64,000 nucleotides of DNA, taken from Amoebidium appalachense (lineage: Eukaryota; Protista; Ichthyosporea). The translations under genes were made by a program, and so were the position numbers. Of the stretch, positions 62,290-64,000 are shown in pieces; position 1 is the stretch's first letter, and every line of letters begins with the position of its first letter. The notes under the pieces are model-generated. The model was not told where the DNA came from. It saw only the letters and a list, made by a program, of their open reading frames with translations, and ran no database searches. The stretch lies in the NCBI GenBank assembly GCA_963693365.1, contig CAVNZM010000011.1:8235937-8299936 (forward strand), given 5' to 3'.

Positions 62290-63682
62290 CACGACGTGGA
62301 CCAACTACCAGCGCTAGCGTGAGGTGGACCTCTACCTTCAGTTCACTTCCGCCTACGGTCTTGCCCCTTGGCCCATGGATACCCCGCGTGCCTTCGCCTT
62401 TGCAGTGCCCACATTGCCATGCCTCCACCCGTGCCGTCAAGCCTGAGTCCCTGGATTCCGTTTTTGCGGCGCTGCGTAAGAACCACGTTTTGCGGGGGTG
62501 GGCCTATCCCGATCCCGAACTGATCGCCGCCGACAAGAAGGGCTACGCCAAGATTTATTACGCCCAGCACACTGAGATCCTGGAACCCGCCGCTCTCCCG
62601 TCCCCCGTGCTCCGTGAGAAATCTTCGATCTCGTTCTCCCCGACCCAGATGCCGGCGTGGCAGTACCTTGCCGTGATCTCCTTTCTTTTCGGCCTGCGTG
62701 TCTCCACCGCCGCTGCCCTGTCCCCTTCCTGTTTTGAGTGGGGCAGTGATGGTTCCTTGTCCATTAAGTTGCCCTTCCGCAAGCGAGGCGCTGCCAAGCC
62801 CAAGCGTGTTGTTGGTCCCCGTCTCCTTCACGTCGACCTCCGTCTCTGGATCATCGAGCGCCTCCGTCAGTATGAAAATCTGCAGATCGATCGCATGAGC
62901 CCTACTGCTTCCTATCAGGCGACCAATCGCGCCCTCCGTGACCTGCTGCAGCTTTGCTCCCTGCCGCCAGCGCTCGTCCCCGAGATGCACTGGCATTCCC
63001 TGCGGCATGCCATGGTGGATGCTTGTGGTGCGATTGGTGTGCCCGAAGGCTCCATTCGCGGTCTCGGCCACTGGGATTCCTCCGAATTCCGCAACTACGG
63101 CCAGCCCCGGGCGGAACAGTCCGCCGATCGGTTTTTCTTTGGTGATCTGGCTCCGAGGCCCTAAGTTTTTTCTTGTGTTCGTTCGCCCCTTTTGTTTGGT
63201 CGCAGTAGCATTTGGATTCTCAGAAGCCAATCATCAATAGTGACTCTATTTCGATTAGTTCTTCGAATCATGACCTGATTGGGTGGAAATACACCAATTA
63301 TCTTTCAAGAAAGCATAGTTGTTTTGTATTCATGGTCTGGCGCTGAATCTCGGCTGCAGCCGAGGGAAGCCTTGATCAGTCTTCCCTCACTCAGCGCCAC
63401 TTGTACCCAACCCATCCCGCCTGCGTCTTCCTTTGCTCTCACTTAGTTTTTGTTAGCTTGCACACACGATCTGCAGTTAGATTCAGGGTACATACAGTAA
63501 ACGCGAAAAGTGTCCCAAATTCGAGCGGTTTACTGTATTTAGTACTGCCATGTATATAAAGGCTTTCATCTTTATTGATCTCTTGCGATTGACCGGCAAC
63601 TGGATTGCCGATCCCAGCCGATCTCAGCCGAGTCAGCTGTCAGAGCTCGAATAAAAGTTGAAAGCATTTGGATTCTCAGAAG
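62290..63682 (+). mobile_element. Right arm of YR retrotransposon family B (YR-B1-A2-spacer-B2)
   Basis: 20-bp AGCATTTGGATTCTCAGAAG at 63207-63226 and 63663-63682 brackets an A copy (63229-63405) homologous to 12717-14224. Confidence 0.7.
62319..63164 (+). CDS. Tyrosine recombinase of YR retrotransposon family B (5'-truncated)
   Basis: Catalytic set FGLRVS, RKRG, WHSLRH, LGHW, FRNY in a 281-codon ORF. Confidence 0.88.
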   Translation: MRWTSTFSSLPPTVLPLGPWIPRVPSPLQCPHCHASTRAVKPESLDSVFAALRKNHVLRGWAYPDPELIAADKKGYAKIYYAQHTEILEPAALPSPVLREKSSISFSPTQMPAWQYLAVISFLFGLRVSTAAALSPSCFEWGSDGSLSIKLPFRKRGAAKPKRVVGPRLLHVDLRLWIIERLRQYENLQIDRMSPTASYQATNRALRDLLQLCSLPPALVPEMHWHSLRHAMVDACGAIGVPEGSIRGLGHWDSSEFRNYGQPRAEQSADRFFFGDLAPRP

Positions 63683-64000
63683 ACAGTGTGCACAGTACAA
63701 GTAAGCGTGTTTGTCGTTGAAGTGTAGTTTGCTACAATTTCAAAGTCCTGAATGTTTTTTTGAAACGGAGAGTAGCGTTATACACCTGCATGACTTAGAG
63801 CACCTTAAATCGTGTTGTGATCATAAGTAGTTGCCTGTGGAGCCGCGTCGCTTCTATACTCTCAGCCCACTATTCTCGCTCTCTCTCTCTCTCTCTTAGT
63901 ATACACCTGCTTTTGGAGCAAAACCTCACCACCGTGGGCCCATCCCATTCCACTCCAACAGAGAAAGAAGCCGAGACAAGACAAACCACGACTGAAAACT

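Noticed and set aside
62343-63230. 295-aa minus-strand ORF, and similar antisense ORFs over the Copia and Ngaro genes
   Set aside because: They are shadows of C-ending codon bias on the coding strand, with no motifs recognised.

Overview
Eukaryotic genomic DNA, probably a unicellular opisthokont or holozoan (inference from spliceosomal introns and an animal-type tRNAiMet primer site). The first ~11 kb holds one clear host gene, a 7-exon NC2beta/Dr1 (199 aa, + strand) whose introns are mostly microsatellite and G/C homopolymer, preceded by a probable last exon of another gene. From ~12.7 kb to the end the window is a nested transposon island. (i) Two arms of a split-direct-repeat tyrosine-recombinase (DIRS-order) retrotransposon lie at 12.7-15.4 kb and 62.3-63.7 kb. 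(ii) A 1.3-kb TRIM-like LTR element sits in the left arm. (iii) A full-length Copia has its 5' LTR split by a 9.6-kb Plavaka/CACTA-type DNA transposon (13-bp TIRs, TA TSD) that carries a ~182-bp satellite. (iv) A young head-to-tail dimer of an Ngaro element follows (A-ORFs-B-A-ORFs-B-A-B). (v) A 10.3-kb element with ~240-bp TIRs carries a spliced USP-like (C19) cysteine-protease gene and a 4.9-kb array of 44-bp hairpin repeats with hypervariable loops, flanked by two outward-facing splice acceptors. (vi) A decayed second Copia and putative solo LTRs complete the island. The TIR/USP/hairpin-array element is the most unusual system seen. All calls come from reading the sequence by eye; no database searches were run. 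Frameshifts in long homopolymers may be assembly errors.
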